From: an uncultured delta proteobacterium
Lineage (GTDB): Bacteria; Myxococcota; UBA727; VGSZ01
Direction: 5' to 3'
DNA: 64,000 nucleotides
Assembly: GCA_963775425.1 (NCBI GenBank)
Contig: CAVZJB010000008.1
Span: 224,001-288,000 of the forward strand
Positions within the stretch are counted from its first letter, which is position 1. Each line of letters starts with the position of its first letter. Positions 27,030 through 41,378 of this stretch are shown here, in pieces. Position numbers and translations under genes: made by a program. Below the pieces are notes generated by a model. The model was not told where the DNA came from, did no database searches, and saw nothing but the letters and a program-made list of their open reading frames with translations.

Positions 27030-27923
27030 TCAGCGAGCACCGAACGGCTCGTCGCGCTCGCGCACGGCCTGCTTGAAGCCGGCCTCGGCGGCGCGCTGCT
27101 GGAAGGCGTAGCCCTCGCGGGTGTGACGGGCGACGCCGTCGAGCATGACGCCGAGGATCTGCGTGGTGTGCAGCCCCTGCGCCATCAGCGTCTGGTTCAC
27201 GAGGAGCTTCATCATCACGAGCTGGTTGATGGGCATCCTCGCGATGCGCTCGACGAGGATCTCGAAGCGCTCGTCGAGCTTGTCCGCGGGCGCGGACTCC
27301 GTCGCCAGGCCCCACGCCGCGGCCTCCCTGCCCGAGAGACAATCGCCGGTGAAGAGCAGGCGCTTGGCCTTCTCGACGCCGATGCGAAACGCCCACACCG
27401 CCGTCGTCGGCACGCCCCACACCCGCGCCGGCGGGTAGCCGATCCTGGCGTCGTCGGCGATGACGAGGAGGTCCGAGCACAGCGCCATGTCGGTGCCGCC
27501 GGCGACGCAGAAGCCGTGGACCTTGCACACCACGGGCTTGTCGCTGTGAAACAGGCTCATGAAGCCCTTCACGTTCCGCGACATCATCGCGTAGTCGACC
27601 ATCGGATCCCACACGGCCTTCGGGTCGTGGTTGGCGGCCACGACGGCGGGATCGATGGGCGAGCCCGGCGGCGCCGACGACGCGAGCTCGCCTCCCGCCT
27701 CGAGCTTCTCGGCGCTCGCGACGAGGTCGTAGCCGCCGCAGAAGCCCTTGCCGTTGCCCGACAGCGCGATGACGTGCACCCCGGGATCGAGGTTGGCCCG
27801 CTCGACGCACGCGGCGAGCTCCACGGGCATGTCGAAGGTGATGCCGTTGCCGCGCTCGGGCCGGTTGAGCGTGATGCGGGCGACGCGGCCGGTGACGTCG
27901 TAGGTGAGCGTCGAGAGCGCCAT
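27030..27923 (-). CDS. crotonase / enoyl-CoA hydratase family protein
   Basis: VARITLNRPERGNGI, FCGGYDL, KPVVCKVHGFCVAGGTDMALCSD, KRLLFTGD. Confidence 0.92.
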   Translation of the reverse strand: MALSTLTYDVTGRVARITLNRPERGNGITFDMPVELAACVERANLDPGVHVIALSGNGKGFCGGYDLVASAEKLEAGGELASSAPPGSPIDPAVVAANHDPKAVWDPMVDYAMMSRNVKGFMSLFHSDKPVVCKVHGFCVAGGTDMALCSDLLVIADDARIGYPPARVWGVPTTAVWAFRIGVEKAKRLLFTGDCLSGREAAAWGLATESAPADKLDERFEILVERIARMPINQLVMMKLLVNQTLMAQGLHTTQILGVMLDGVARHTREGYAFQQRAAEAGFKQAVRERDEPFGAR

Positions 27924-27927
27924 GGCG

Positions 27928-28356
27928 TCAGCCGCGCACGCGTTGGGCGAAGTACCAGTGGTGGCCGCCGACGTCGACGCACTCGTAGCCCCGGTCGGCC
28001 CAGTGGTCTTCGCCGTAGTCGACGTCCTTGGGCTCCGAGACGATCTGCGCTCCCGCGCTGCGGGCGCGCGCGCAGTGCGCCTCGATGTCGTCCACGTAGA
28101 CGAACAGCGTCTGTGTGTTCTTGCCGCCGAGGCTCCTCGGGCTCGCGCGCCAGTCGCGATCAACGCGGACGTCGCCGACCATGATGAGGCCGTCGCCGAA
28201 GAGAAGCTCCGCGTGCGCCACCTTGCCCCCCTCGCCGTCGACGAGGATGCGCACCTCGAAGCCGAACGCTTCGCACAGCCAGCGGATGGCCGCGCGCGCG
28301 TCGTCGTAGCTCACGGAGGAGGAGATGCGGGGCCAGCCCTTCGGTGTCGGTTTCAT
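27928..28356 (-). CDS. VOC / glyoxalase-bleomycin resistance family protein
   Basis: YDDARAAIRWLCEAFGF, HAELLFGDGLIMV, VYVDDIEAHCARARSAGA, DVGGHHWYF. Confidence 0.9.
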   Translation of the reverse strand: MKPTPKGWPRISSSVSYDDARAAIRWLCEAFGFEVRILVDGEGGKVAHAELLFGDGLIMVGDVRVDRDWRASPRSLGGKNTQTLFVYVDDIEAHCARARSAGAQIVSEPKDVDYGEDHWADRGYECVDVGGHHWYFAQRVRG

Positions 28357-28450
28357 GGCCCCGAGATCCTGCATCGCCGCCGCCGGCGCAAAGGGGATCG
28401 AGCCGACGACGACGGCACCTTCGGCGCCGGTTTGTGCTATCGCACGTCCG

Positions 28451-29704
28451 GTGTGGAGCAGCCTTGCCCTGATGGCCCTGATCGCCGCCCCGCCGGGTGC
28501 GGCCGCGCTCGACCTCCACGAGACGCTCGACGTCGTGCGGTCCGACTACGCCGCCGGTGAGCTCGACGACGGGCTCGCCAAGGTGAACCGCCTGCTCGCC
28601 ACGGACAGGCCCGCCACCGAGCGCGCGCAGGTGCTCGTGTGGGAGGCCATGCTGCTGTTCGCCAAGGGTGCCGTCCCCGGCACCGACGTGGCCATCCGCG
28701 AGGCGCTCGGGCTGCAGCCGGGCGTGGTGGCGCCGGACGGAGCGAGCGCGGGCTTCCGTAAGCACTTCGCGGCGCTCGCGCAGGAGAGCGCCCCCGGCGC
28801 GTCAGCGTCTCCGTCGGCGTCGCCGTCTCCGTCTCCGTCGGCGTCGCCGTCTCCGTCGGCGTCGCCGTCGCCGTCGCCCTCGGCGGCCGCCCCTCACGCG
28901 CCGCCGGCCGCGTCGTCGCTGCGGCCGGCCGCCGGTGTCGCGGCGCGAGCGGAGCGGGGCCAGGACGAGCCGAGCGTGCTGGTGTTGGACCTCGACGCGG
29001 CGCACATCGACCCGAGCGACGCCAAGGTCATCAACGACGTCGTGGGCGAGTCGGTGGCGCGCAAGGCGCTGCGGGTCATCACGGCGGCGGACGTGCGGCG
29101 CATGGCGGACGTCGCGGCGCAGAAGGAGCTGTTGGGGTGTCAGTCGGACTCGAGCTGTCTGGCGACGCTCGCCGGTGACTTCGGCGCGCGCTACGTGCTC
29201 TACGGCTCCATCGCGTCGCTCGGCGGGCTCTACGTCGTGCAGATGACCTTGTTCGACGCGGACAAGGCCAAGGCGGTGGAGCGCGTCCGCGTGGAGACCC
29301 GCGACCTTTCGCAGATCACCACGCAGATCGACGACGCCGTGGACCGCGTCTTCGAGCCGCTCCTTGGCGCGCCCGCGCCCGCGCCCGCGGCGGCGGCGGC
29401 GCCGTTGTCCACCGGGCTCCTCGTCGCCGGCGGCGGCGCCGTCGTGGCGATCGGCGGCGTCGTGATGATGGCGCTCAGCGCCGCTCCGGCGGACAAGTAC
29501 AACGCCGGCCAGAAGAGCATCCTCGCGGAGCAGGACAAGTTCGCCGGCGGCGACCCGGGCGCGCTCACCCGCGCCGGAGCGCTGCAGGTCACGGCGGACG
29601 AGGACGCGACGAGCTACCTGTGGCTCATGGGCGGCGGCGCGGCCGTCGCCGTCGCCGGCGCCGCCGCCGTCGTCACCGGCGTGGTGCTATGGAGCGGCGA
29701 ATGA
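28451..29704 (+). CDS. secreted/envelope protein: helical TPR-like N-terminus, SP linker, TolB-N/CsgG-like domain, C-terminal hydrophobic hairpin
   Basis: Signal-like N-terminus; VLVLDL...VITAADV...QKELLGCQSDSSCLATLAGDFGARYVLYGS; two Gly-rich hydrophobic segments ending GVVLWSGE; ATGA-coupled to the next gene. Confidence 0.7.
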   Translation: MWSSLALMALIAAPPGAAALDLHETLDVVRSDYAAGELDDGLAKVNRLLATDRPATERAQVLVWEAMLLFAKGAVPGTDVAIREALGLQPGVVAPDGASAGFRKHFAALAQESAPGASASPSASPSPSPSASPSPSASPSPSPSAAAPHAPPAASSLRPAAGVAARAERGQDEPSVLVLDLDAAHIDPSDAKVINDVVGESVARKALRVITAADVRRMADVAAQKELLGCQSDSSCLATLAGDFGARYVLYGSIASLGGLYVVQMTLFDADKAKAVERVRVETRDLSQITTQIDDAVDRVFEPLLGAPAPAPAAAAAPLSTGLLVAGGGAVVAIGGVVMMALSAAPADKYNAGQKSILAEQDKFAGGDPGALTRAGALQVTADEDATSYLWLMGGGAAVAVAGAAAVVTGVVLWSGE

Positions 29705-30124
29705 TCGCTCGCTGGCTCCTGTCGTGCGCGCTCGCCGCCCTGCTCACGGGGTGCCTGCAGGCGCAGGCGGTCTTCGGCCGCTCCTGCGCGAGCGACGCCG
29801 AGTGCGGCGACGGCTTCACCTGCTCGGGCGGCCAGTGCGTCCCCGCCGGCGAAGGCGAAGGCGAAGGCGAGGGCGAAGGCGAGGGCGAGGGCGAGAGGCG
29901 AAGGCGAGGGCGAGGGCGAGGGCGAGGGCGAGGGCGAGGGCGAGGGCGAGGGCGAGGGCGAGGGAGAGGGAGACGCGCTCACCCTCGAGCTCACCAGCGG
30001 CGGCGGCGTCGCCGAAGCCGGCACCGTACAGATGCAACTGCAGGTGGGGCCGCCCCTTCAGGGCAGCAGGACCGCCGGCAGCGTGACGATGACTCTTTCG
30101 GTGAGCGCGCCGTTCGCGCTCTGA
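29701..30124 (+). pseudogene. lipoprotein (Cys-rich module, ~20x GE linker, GGG-motif C-terminus) interrupted by a +1 frameshift at ~29896; may be intact if this is a sequencing error
   Basis: MIARWLLSCALAALLTGC lipobox; CASDAECGDGFTCSGGQC; extra A in gag-a-ggc; corrected frame reads GDALTLELTSGGGVAEAGTVQMQLQVGPPLQGSRTAGSVTMTLSVSAPFAL* with TGA at 30122-30124. Confidence 0.7.
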
Positions 30125-30131
30125 GAGCACC

Positions 30132-31440
30132 ATGAAGAAGCTGATCCTCCTCCTGAGCCTGGTCGCCGTTCCCGCCGCGGCGGCGATCCGCGTGCCGGTG
30201 CAGGGGAACCTCACCGACAACGGCACCGCCGTGTCCGGCCCCGTCGACCTCGAGGTCCGCATCATCGACGACGTCGGCGTCGAGCAGACCTGCGAGAGCT
30301 TCTCGGGCGTCACGCTCACCCGCGGCACCTTCAACCTCCTCCTCGGCGACACCACCAACGCCTGCGACGGCAAGCCCTCGGAGATCGACCCGAACCTGTT
30401 CACGCCGGGCAACGCCCTGGTCCGCGTCACGTTCAACGGCGCGGACTTCGACTTCCCCGTCGGCGACGTGCCGAGCGCGGGGACCTGCCAGCTCCTCGAC
30501 GGCCTGTCCGCCGACGCGTTCCTCAAGCACCCGCGGCAGCTCTACGCCAGGGACGCCGCTGAGCTGAACACGGCGCTCGCCACCGCCGCGGCGGCCGCCT
30601 CGCCGACGACGCCGTTTTCGATTCGAGCTCGGGCCCGAGACCTACGGCGGGTCGTTCACCGTCCCCCCCTTCACGGTGCTGCGTGGCCAGGGACCGGAAG
30701 CCACCATCCTCATCGGCGAGGTGTTCCTCACGGGGAACGCCACCCTGCGCGACCTCCACGTGCAGGACAACGCCGGCCCCGTCGCCCTGATCATCAGCGC
30801 CTCCGACGGCGAACGCGTGGAGGTCGACAACGTCGTCGTCGCGGCATCCGTTGGCGCGGGCACCGCCGCCGCGGTCTCCGTTGAGCAGGGCGGCGCGCAG
30901 ACATTCGTCGTTCTTCGCGACTGCCGCCTCCTGGCCGCGGCGCAGGGCGGCGCCGTGGGCGTGCTGGACCGCGCCGGTGTTCAGCTCAGCATCAGCGACA
31001 CGTTCATCGCCCCGAGCTCCGCCAACGTCCTCGCCATCGGCATTCGACTCGGCGACCCGGCGAACCGACTGCCGAGCTTCTCTCTGCGGACGACCAACGT
31101 GAGGATCGCGCTCGACCTCTCCTCCGGCTTTGCCGCCGGCATCGAGACCAACGCCGCCGGCGGCGCCGGGCGCGTGACCCACACGGAGGTGCGCACGACG
31201 GCGGGGGGAGCGCGCGCGCTCAGCGTCAACGGCGGCGACGTCCGCGTCCTGGACTCGCTGTTCTTCACAGACGACCCGCTGTTCGCGTCCACCGGCGTCA
31301 TCAAGCTCGCCGGCACCGGCATCGAGGGGTTCACCGGCAACATCGTCGACCCCACGTCCATCTCGGGGCTCGTGCAGTGCGTCGGGAGCTACCAGGAGAA
31401 CACGTTCACGCCGCTCGACGCGCAGTGCGCGCCGCTGTGA
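30132..31440 (+). pseudogene. secreted fibre-like protein (QG-x-L N-terminal domain + LDG neck + parallel beta-helix) interrupted by a +1 frameshift at ~30622; may be intact if this is a sequencing error
   Basis: Signal MKKLILLLSLVAVPAAAA; VPVQGNLTDNG...GTFNLLLG...VP-SA; LLDGLSADAF; deleting one T of att-cga joins it to IELGPETYGGSFTVPPFTVLRGQGPEATIL (beta-helix cap) and the 30676-31440 ORF. Confidence 0.7.
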
Positions 31441-31464
31441 GCGGCTCCTCCCCGCGCCGGCCGC

Positions 31465-32655
31465 TCACCAGGGGAGCGCGCCGCGGGCGAGGTCGCGGCT
31501 GATGTTTTTCTGGTGCGCCTCGAGCGTGCCGCCGCCGATCTCGAGGAGCTTGGCGTCGCGCCACAGGCGCTCGACGACGTACTCGCCGACGTAGCCGTAG
31601 CCGCCGAGCACCTGCATGGCGCGGTCCGCGACGTTCTTGCCCATGGTGGCGGAGACGAGCTTGACGCCGTCGGTGTCGAGGCGGCCGCCGTGGGCGTCGA
31701 GGGTGAGCGCGCTGGCGGTGGTGTAGACGTAGGCCCGGCAGGCCATGAATTCGGCGTAGCTCTCGGCGACGTGGCGCTGGATCTGGCCGAACGACGACAG
31801 CGGCTGGCCGAACGCCTTCCGCTCCCCGGCGTAGCGCACCATCACCTCGATGGAGCGGCGCGCGATGCCGAGCGACATGGCCGCCAGCGTCAGCCGCTCG
31901 AGGGCCAGGTTGCGCATCATGTGCTTGATGCTCTGCCCCTCGTCGCCCAGGCGGTTGTGCAGCGGGACGCGGCAGTCCTCGAGCACCATCTCGGCGGTGT
32001 TGGACGCGCGCATGCCGGTCTTGTCGTGGATCTTCTGGCCCACCGAGAACCCGGCGGCGCCGCGCTCGGCGACCAACGTGGACAGCTCGGGGCGCGCCTC
32101 GGTGCCGCCGGTGCGGGCGTAGAACAACATCACGTCGCACGGGGTCTTCTCGTCGTCGACGGCGCCGTTGGTGATCCACATCTTGCGGCCGTTGACGACG
32201 TACTCGTCGCCCTTCTTCACCGCCGTGGTCTTCATGCCCATGACGTCGGTGCCGGCGCCGGGCTCGCTCATGCCCATGGCCCCGACGTGCTCGCCCGACA
32301 TCAGCTTGGGCAGGAAGCGGCGGCGCTGCTCGGCGGACGCGTTGCGCGCGAGGTTGTTCACGCACAGCATCGAGTGCGCGAGGTACGCCAGGCAGAAGCC
32401 GGGGTCGGCGGCGCTCAGCTCCTCGTGCACGATCACCGCGGCCGTGGCGTCCATGCCGGCGCCGCCGTCCTCTTCGGAGACCGTGATCCCGAGCAAGCCC
32501 ATCTCGCCGAGCTTCCGGAACAGCGGCAGGTTGAATTTCTCGGCGCGATCGTGCGCCAGGGCCTGGGGCTCCACCTCGGCGGTCACGAAGCCCCGGACGG
32601 TGTCGCGCAACATCTTGTGCTCCTCGGTGGGAGCGTAGAGGTCGATCTGAGCCAT
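31465..32655 (-). CDS. acyl-CoA dehydrogenase (isovaleryl-CoA dehydrogenase-like)
   Basis: GAMGMSEPGAGTDV, NGRKMWITNG, KTGMRASNT, ERKAFGQPL, LGGYGY, RDAKLLEIGGGT. Confidence 0.92.
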   Translation of the reverse strand: MAQIDLYAPTEEHKMLRDTVRGFVTAEVEPQALAHDRAEKFNLPLFRKLGEMGLLGITVSEEDGGAGMDATAAVIVHEELSAADPGFCLAYLAHSMLCVNNLARNASAEQRRRFLPKLMSGEHVGAMGMSEPGAGTDVMGMKTTAVKKGDEYVVNGRKMWITNGAVDDEKTPCDVMLFYARTGGTEARPELSTLVAERGAAGFSVGQKIHDKTGMRASNTAEMVLEDCRVPLHNRLGDEGQSIKHMMRNLALERLTLAAMSLGIARRSIEVMVRYAGERKAFGQPLSSFGQIQRHVAESYAEFMACRAYVYTTASALTLDAHGGRLDTDGVKLVSATMGKNVADRAMQVLGGYGYVGEYVVERLWRDAKLLEIGGGTLEAHQKNISRDLARGALPW

Positions 32656-32708
32656 GTGCGCCGGGTGCCACGTTGCATGCGACCCCGCAACGGCACCAGC
32701 ATCAAGGG

Positions 32709-36896
<4,188 letters not shown>

Positions 36897-36949
36897 ACGA
36901 GCCCCGGGCGCGGTTGCGGCGCAACGCCCAGCGCGTACGCTCCCGGTCC

Positions 36950-39900
36950 ATGCCTTTCGCTCGCCTCTCCTTCGTCGCCGCCGTGGCGGCCGCCGCGCTG
37001 AGCGGTGCCTGCAGCTTCAAGCTTGACCGCCTCGACGGCGTCTCGCCCGGCGACATCGCCGGCACGAGCATCGAGGACGACACCGGCGACGCCGCCGCGT
37101 TCGCGCGCGTCGAGCCCATGGGCGCGTCCAAGGTGTTTCGCGCGCTGCAGTCGGGCGCGTTCGTCGTCAACGGGCTGCCCGCCGGCGCGTTCGTGCTCAA
37201 GATGTCCGAGGACACCGACGGCGACGGCTTCCTCGAGCGCGGCGCCTACCGCGCCGTCAGCCTCAGGAACATCACCAACCCCGACGGCAACAAGGAGCTC
37301 AGCTCCGTGCTCCTCGGCACCGTGCGCCTGCAGGGCACCGCCGACGTCACCGGGCGCGTGCTGCGCGACGACACCGGGGCGCCGCTCGCCGGCGCACAGG
37401 TGATCGCCTACCGCCGCGCCGACGACCTCGCCGGCGACGTCACCGCCCTCGTCGACGCCGCCGATCAACGCGTCGGCGATCAGAGCCTGCCCGCGGAGAG
37501 CGCCGTGGTCACCGGCGCCGACGGCACCTTCACGCTGCCCGGCGTGATGCCCGGCGACGCGCGCGTGCTCGCGCTCCTGCGCGACGGCACGGACCTGTTC
37601 GTGTTCGACAGCGGCAAGGTCCCCCTGGCCGCCGGCGACAGGAAGGACCTCGGCGACGTGCGCGCGCTCTTGCAGGCGGACGACCCGAAGGACGTACAGG
37701 TCAACGTCGTCGTCGGCGTCGGCGGTGGTGGCGGCGCCAACGACAGCGTCCACGTGCGCATCCAGAGGAGCGCCGATCCGCTCGGGCCGGCCGCCTTCGA
37801 CGGCGACGCCACCGCCAACAGCGACACCACCATCCAGCTCCCCATCGACACCTACGACGTGCTCGTCGTCGAGGGCAACAGCGTGCGCGGCGGCCTGCGC
37901 GGCGTCCCGTCCACCACCGACGAGGGCCAGGTCGCGCGCTGGGTGATCCTCCTCGACGCCGCCGACGGCTGCGACGCCGACAGCCGCGACCGCGACGGCG
38001 ACGGCCTCAAGTCCATCCCACTCGCGCGCATGGCCGAGTGCGCCGCGCAGTGCGCCGGGCAGGACGGCGCCGCCCGCTCCTCGGCGTCGTGCACGCTCGC
38101 CCCCGGCGGGACGGGGGACGGCGCCGACGGCGGCACCTTCGATTGCAACGACGACGGCGACGACGAAAACGATCCCGCCGAGGCCGCCTGCTTCGGCGCG
38201 TGCGCCGGCTCCGACGCCGACCGCGACGGCGTCTGCAGCGGCCCCGACCTCGATCCCTGCTGCGACGCAGCGGGGACCTGCCTGCCGCGCTGCTCGGGCA
38301 CCCCCGCGCCCTTCGACGGCGGCGTGCTCGTCGACGGCGGCAACAGCGACGGCGGCGCGCTCGTCGACGGCGGCGACGTCGACGGCGGCGCGCTCGTCGA
38401 CGGCGGCGACGTCGACGGTGGCGTGGGCGCCCCCGACGCAGGCTTCCCCGACGCGGGCGATCCTCCGTTCTTCGATCAGGTCGACGATCCCGGCGATCAG
38501 GACGGCGTGCGCTCCCTGAGCGTGGGCGTGGTGCCCGCGTTCCCCGCGCCCGGCCTCGCCGTCCTCACCGGCACGTTCAACGACGGCGACGACGGCCCGC
38601 TGCCGCCGGCGGCGCTCGGCGCCTGCAGCTTCAAGCGCGACGGCGCGGCCACCGCCATCAGCCCGAACGCCGGCTACGTGGCGTGGATCGATGCGCGCAC
38701 CGGCGTGTGCGTCGACAGCCTGGTCGTCGAGGGGCTCGCCGGCACCAACGAGGGCGCCCCCGACATCGCGGGCGCCGTGCAGAACGCCGCGGGCGAGACC
38801 TACCTCTTCGGCGACGGGGTCGGCGTCGTGCGCCTGCTCCGCGGCGCCGCCACGCTCGCCGACATCGACGGCAGCGCGCTCGACAAGCGCTTCGCGTTCG
38901 TCGCCCGCGTCGGCGCCGATCGCAGCACGCTGCTCGTGAAGCTCACCACCGTCCACGCGCTGCGCGTAAGCGGCAACGCCTCCGCCTCGTCGCTGTCCCT
39001 CGCCGGCGCCGACCTCGTCGTGTCCGGCACGCGCGACGGATCCTTCGACATCGGCGCCGCGTCGTTGCCGGCGCCCGGCACCGGCTGCTGCACCGACGTG
39101 TGGGTCGCGCGCCTCGCCGCCGACACGCTCGCGCCGGCGTGGGCCGTGCCCGTGGGCGACGTCGTCGACAGCATCAGCATCGACGCGGTCGACGCCCGCG
39201 AAGACCCCGCCAGCGGCGACGTCGTCCTGCTCAGCCGCGTGGGCTTCGGGAGCGTCACGTTCGGCAACGTGTCCGTGGCCGGCGACTTCAACTCAGGGCC
39301 GGGCACGGCGCTCGAGCGCTTCTCGAGCGCGGACGGCTCACCCAAGTGGCTGACGAGCATCGGCAACAATCCCGACTTCATCGGCATCGGCAGCTCCCTC
39401 GCGCTGTCGCCGTCCGGGGCCAAGCTCTTCGTCGGCGGCAGCTTCAAGGGGCCCGCGGCCTTCTTCTTCGGGCCCACCAACCCCGACTTCTTCGTCGAGC
39501 TCGACGCCGACGATCAGACGCGCGCCGCGTTCCTCCTCGGCTACGACCCCGCCACGGGCAATCCGCTCGACGGCGCGCACCTCGTCCTGCAGCCGGGGCC
39601 CGGCGAATTCGGCTCCGACCGCAGCGCCGAGGTCGACGCGCTCGACGTGCCCGACGACACCACCGTCATCGCCGGCGGCGACACCGACGCGGCGCTGGCG
39701 CTGCCGGGCGCGGCGGGCGTCGTGGTGGCGGGGCCGCACGAGCGCAAGGCGCGCTCCCCGTGGGTGGCGCGCTTCGACGGGCTCGCCGGCGTGTGGGCCG
39801 CCGCCGGCCGCGCGCTCGGCGGCGCAGGCAACGCGCTCGGCGCGAACGACAGCGTGCACGCCGTGCGCCTCCTCGACGACAACGCCGTGCTCGTCGCGGG

Positions 39901-41308
39901 CAACCTCGGCGGGCGCACGGTCCTCGGCGACGTCGCCGCGCTGCCGCGCCTGTCGGTGGAGAGCGCGTCGGACGCGTTCGTCTGGCGCGTCATCGACGGC
40001 GGCGGCACGCTGACGCACGGCTTCGAGGACAACGCCTGCAGCGCGCGCGCCGACTGCGGCGCCGGCGAGACCTGCGATCCGCGCTCGCTCACCTGCGTCG
40101 CCGCCTGCGCCGCCGACGGCGACTGCGCCGGCGCCACCTGCGACACCTTCACCGGCCTGTGCGGGGCCGCCTGCACCGGCGCCGGCGACTGCGGGAGCGA
40201 CCCGACCGCGCCCGCGTGCACCCGCGGCGTGTGCCTGCCGTCGTGCCTCACCACGCTGCCGGGGCTCCTGTGCAGCGCCGTCGACGAGTGCTGCGACTTC
40301 TCCGCGGGCGCGTGCACGGCGGCGCCCACGTTCTTCGACAGCGACGTCACGTGGGTGTTCGACGGCCAATCGGGCTTCTGGCAGCAGCGCTTCGTCTCGC
40401 CGTTCCCGCGGCCGCGCACCGGCGCCGCCATGGCGCAGCTCGGCGCGACGAGCGCGGTGCTCTTCGGCGGCCGCGCGCAGGGCGGCGCGCTGCTGTCGGA
40501 CACGCAGGTGTGGGACGGCGGCCAGCTCACGTGGACCGACACCGCCACCAACACCACGCCGCCTGCGCGCGAGGGCCACGCGATGGCGGAGGCGCCGAGC
40601 GCGCTGGCCGGCGCCGCGGTGCTGTTGTTCGGCGGCGACGCCGGCGGCGCGGTCATCGCCGGCGAAGACGGCTGGGTCTTCACGCGCGGCGACTGGTCGG
40701 CGGTGGCGCCCGGCGCCGACGGCACGCCGCCCGCGCGCACCGAAGCGGGCCTGGCCTTCGACGGCAACCACACGGTGTTCCTCTTCGGCGGCCGCGCGGC
40801 CGACGGCACGGTGCTCGGCGACCTCTGGCCGTTCGACACCGACACGCGCACGTGGGGCGCGGAGATCGCGCCCGGCGGCGGACCGGTGCCGCCGCGCGCC
40901 GGCCACATGATGGCGCTCGATCCCACCACGCAGGGGATCTTCGTGATCGGCGGCGTCGACGGCGCCGGCGCCGTCCTCGACGACGTCTGGCTCCTCGACC
41001 TCGGCGCCACGCCGCCGGCGTTCACGCAGGGAAACCCGCTGCCGGCGCCGCGCGCGTTCGCGGGGATCTCGCAGGATCCGGTGGGCGACGTCGTCCTCGT
41101 CGACGGCGTCGACGCGAGCGGCGCGCCCGCGCACGAGACGTTCCTGCTGCAGCCCGAGTCGGGCTCCTTCGCCTTTGCCGACGCGTTCCCGCCGGATCGC
41201 CGCGAGCGCCCGGCCATGGCGTTCGACGGCACGGCGGCCGTGCTGTTCGGCGGCGACGAGACGTCGAGCGACGGCATCTGCCCCGCGGTCGATCAGAACC
41301 TGCAGTAG
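36950..41308 (+). CDS. large multidomain lipoprotein, tandem paralogue of 32709-36896
   Basis: Lipobox LSGAC; DRLDGV.PGDI.GT...SKVFRALQSG.F and RWVILLD.ADGCDADSRDRDGDGLKSIP nearly identical to the upstream gene; VDGG linker; Kelch C-terminus. Confidence 0.8.
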   Translation: MPFARLSFVAAVAAAALSGACSFKLDRLDGVSPGDIAGTSIEDDTGDAAAFARVEPMGASKVFRALQSGAFVVNGLPAGAFVLKMSEDTDGDGFLERGAYRAVSLRNITNPDGNKELSSVLLGTVRLQGTADVTGRVLRDDTGAPLAGAQVIAYRRADDLAGDVTALVDAADQRVGDQSLPAESAVVTGADGTFTLPGVMPGDARVLALLRDGTDLFVFDSGKVPLAAGDRKDLGDVRALLQADDPKDVQVNVVVGVGGGGGANDSVHVRIQRSADPLGPAAFDGDATANSDTTIQLPIDTYDVLVVEGNSVRGGLRGVPSTTDEGQVARWVILLDAADGCDADSRDRDGDGLKSIPLARMAECAAQCAGQDGAARSSASCTLAPGGTGDGADGGTFDCNDDGDDENDPAEAACFGACAGSDADRDGVCSGPDLDPCCDAAGTCLPRCSGTPAPFDGGVLVDGGNSDGGALVDGGDVDGGALVDGGDVDGGVGAPDAGFPDAGDPPFFDQVDDPGDQDGVRSLSVGVVPAFPAPGLAVLTGTFNDGDDGPLPPAALGACSFKRDGAATAISPNAGYVAWIDARTGVCVDSLVVEGLAGTNEGAPDIAGAVQNAAGETYLFGDGVGVVRLLRGAATLADIDGSALDKRFAFVARVGADRSTLLVKLTTVHALRVSGNASASSLSLAGADLVVSGTRDGSFDIGAASLPAPGTGCCTDVWVARLAADTLAPAWAVPVGDVVDSISIDAVDAREDPASGDVVLLSRVGFGSVTFGNVSVAGDFNSGPGTALERFSSADGSPKWLTSIGNNPDFIGIGSSLALSPSGAKLFVGGSFKGPAAFFFGPTNPDFFVELDADDQTRAAFLLGYDPATGNPLDGAHLVLQPGPGEFGSDRSAEVDALDVPDDTTVIAGGDTDAALALPGAAGVVVAGPHERKARSPWVARFDGLAGVWAAAGRALGGAGNALGANDSVHAVRLLDDNAVLVAGNLGGRTVLGDVAALPRLSVESASDAFVWRVIDGGGTLTHGFEDNACSARADCGAGETCDPRSLTCVAACAADGDCAGATCDTFTGLCGAACTGAGDCGSDPTAPACTRGVCLPSCLTTLPGLLCSAVDECCDFSAGACTAAPTFFDSDVTWVFDGQSGFWQQRFVSPFPRPRTGAAMAQLGATSAVLFGGRAQGGALLSDTQVWDGGQLTWTDTATNTTPPAREGHAMAEAPSALAGAAVLLFGGDAGGAVIAGEDGWVFTRGDWSAVAPGADGTPPARTEAGLAFDGNHTVFLFGGRAADGTVLGDLWPFDTDTRTWGAEIAPGGGPVPPRAGHMMALDPTTQGIFVIGGVDGAGAVLDDVWLLDLGATPPAFTQGNPLPAPRAFAGISQDPVGDVVLVDGVDASGAPAHETFLLQPESGSFAFADAFPPDRRERPAMAFDGTAAVLFGGDETSSDGICPAVDQNLQ

Positions 41309-41378
41309 CGGCCGGCCGGCCGCGGCGAGCGCGCCGTCGACGGCTGCCGCGGCCCGCGGCCTGCGTTAGGCTCCTTCG

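Noticed and set aside
28800-28880. Low-complexity SPSASP and TTPPA (44170-44430) runs as distinct elements
   Set aside because: Ordinary interdomain linkers typical of high-GC secreted proteins
30676-31440. Independent 254-aa gene, with 30132-30884 as a separate 250-aa gene
   Set aside because: The two ORFs overlap by 209 bp; the tail of the first is Arg-rich nonsense; one-base repair at ~30622 gives a single coherent protein
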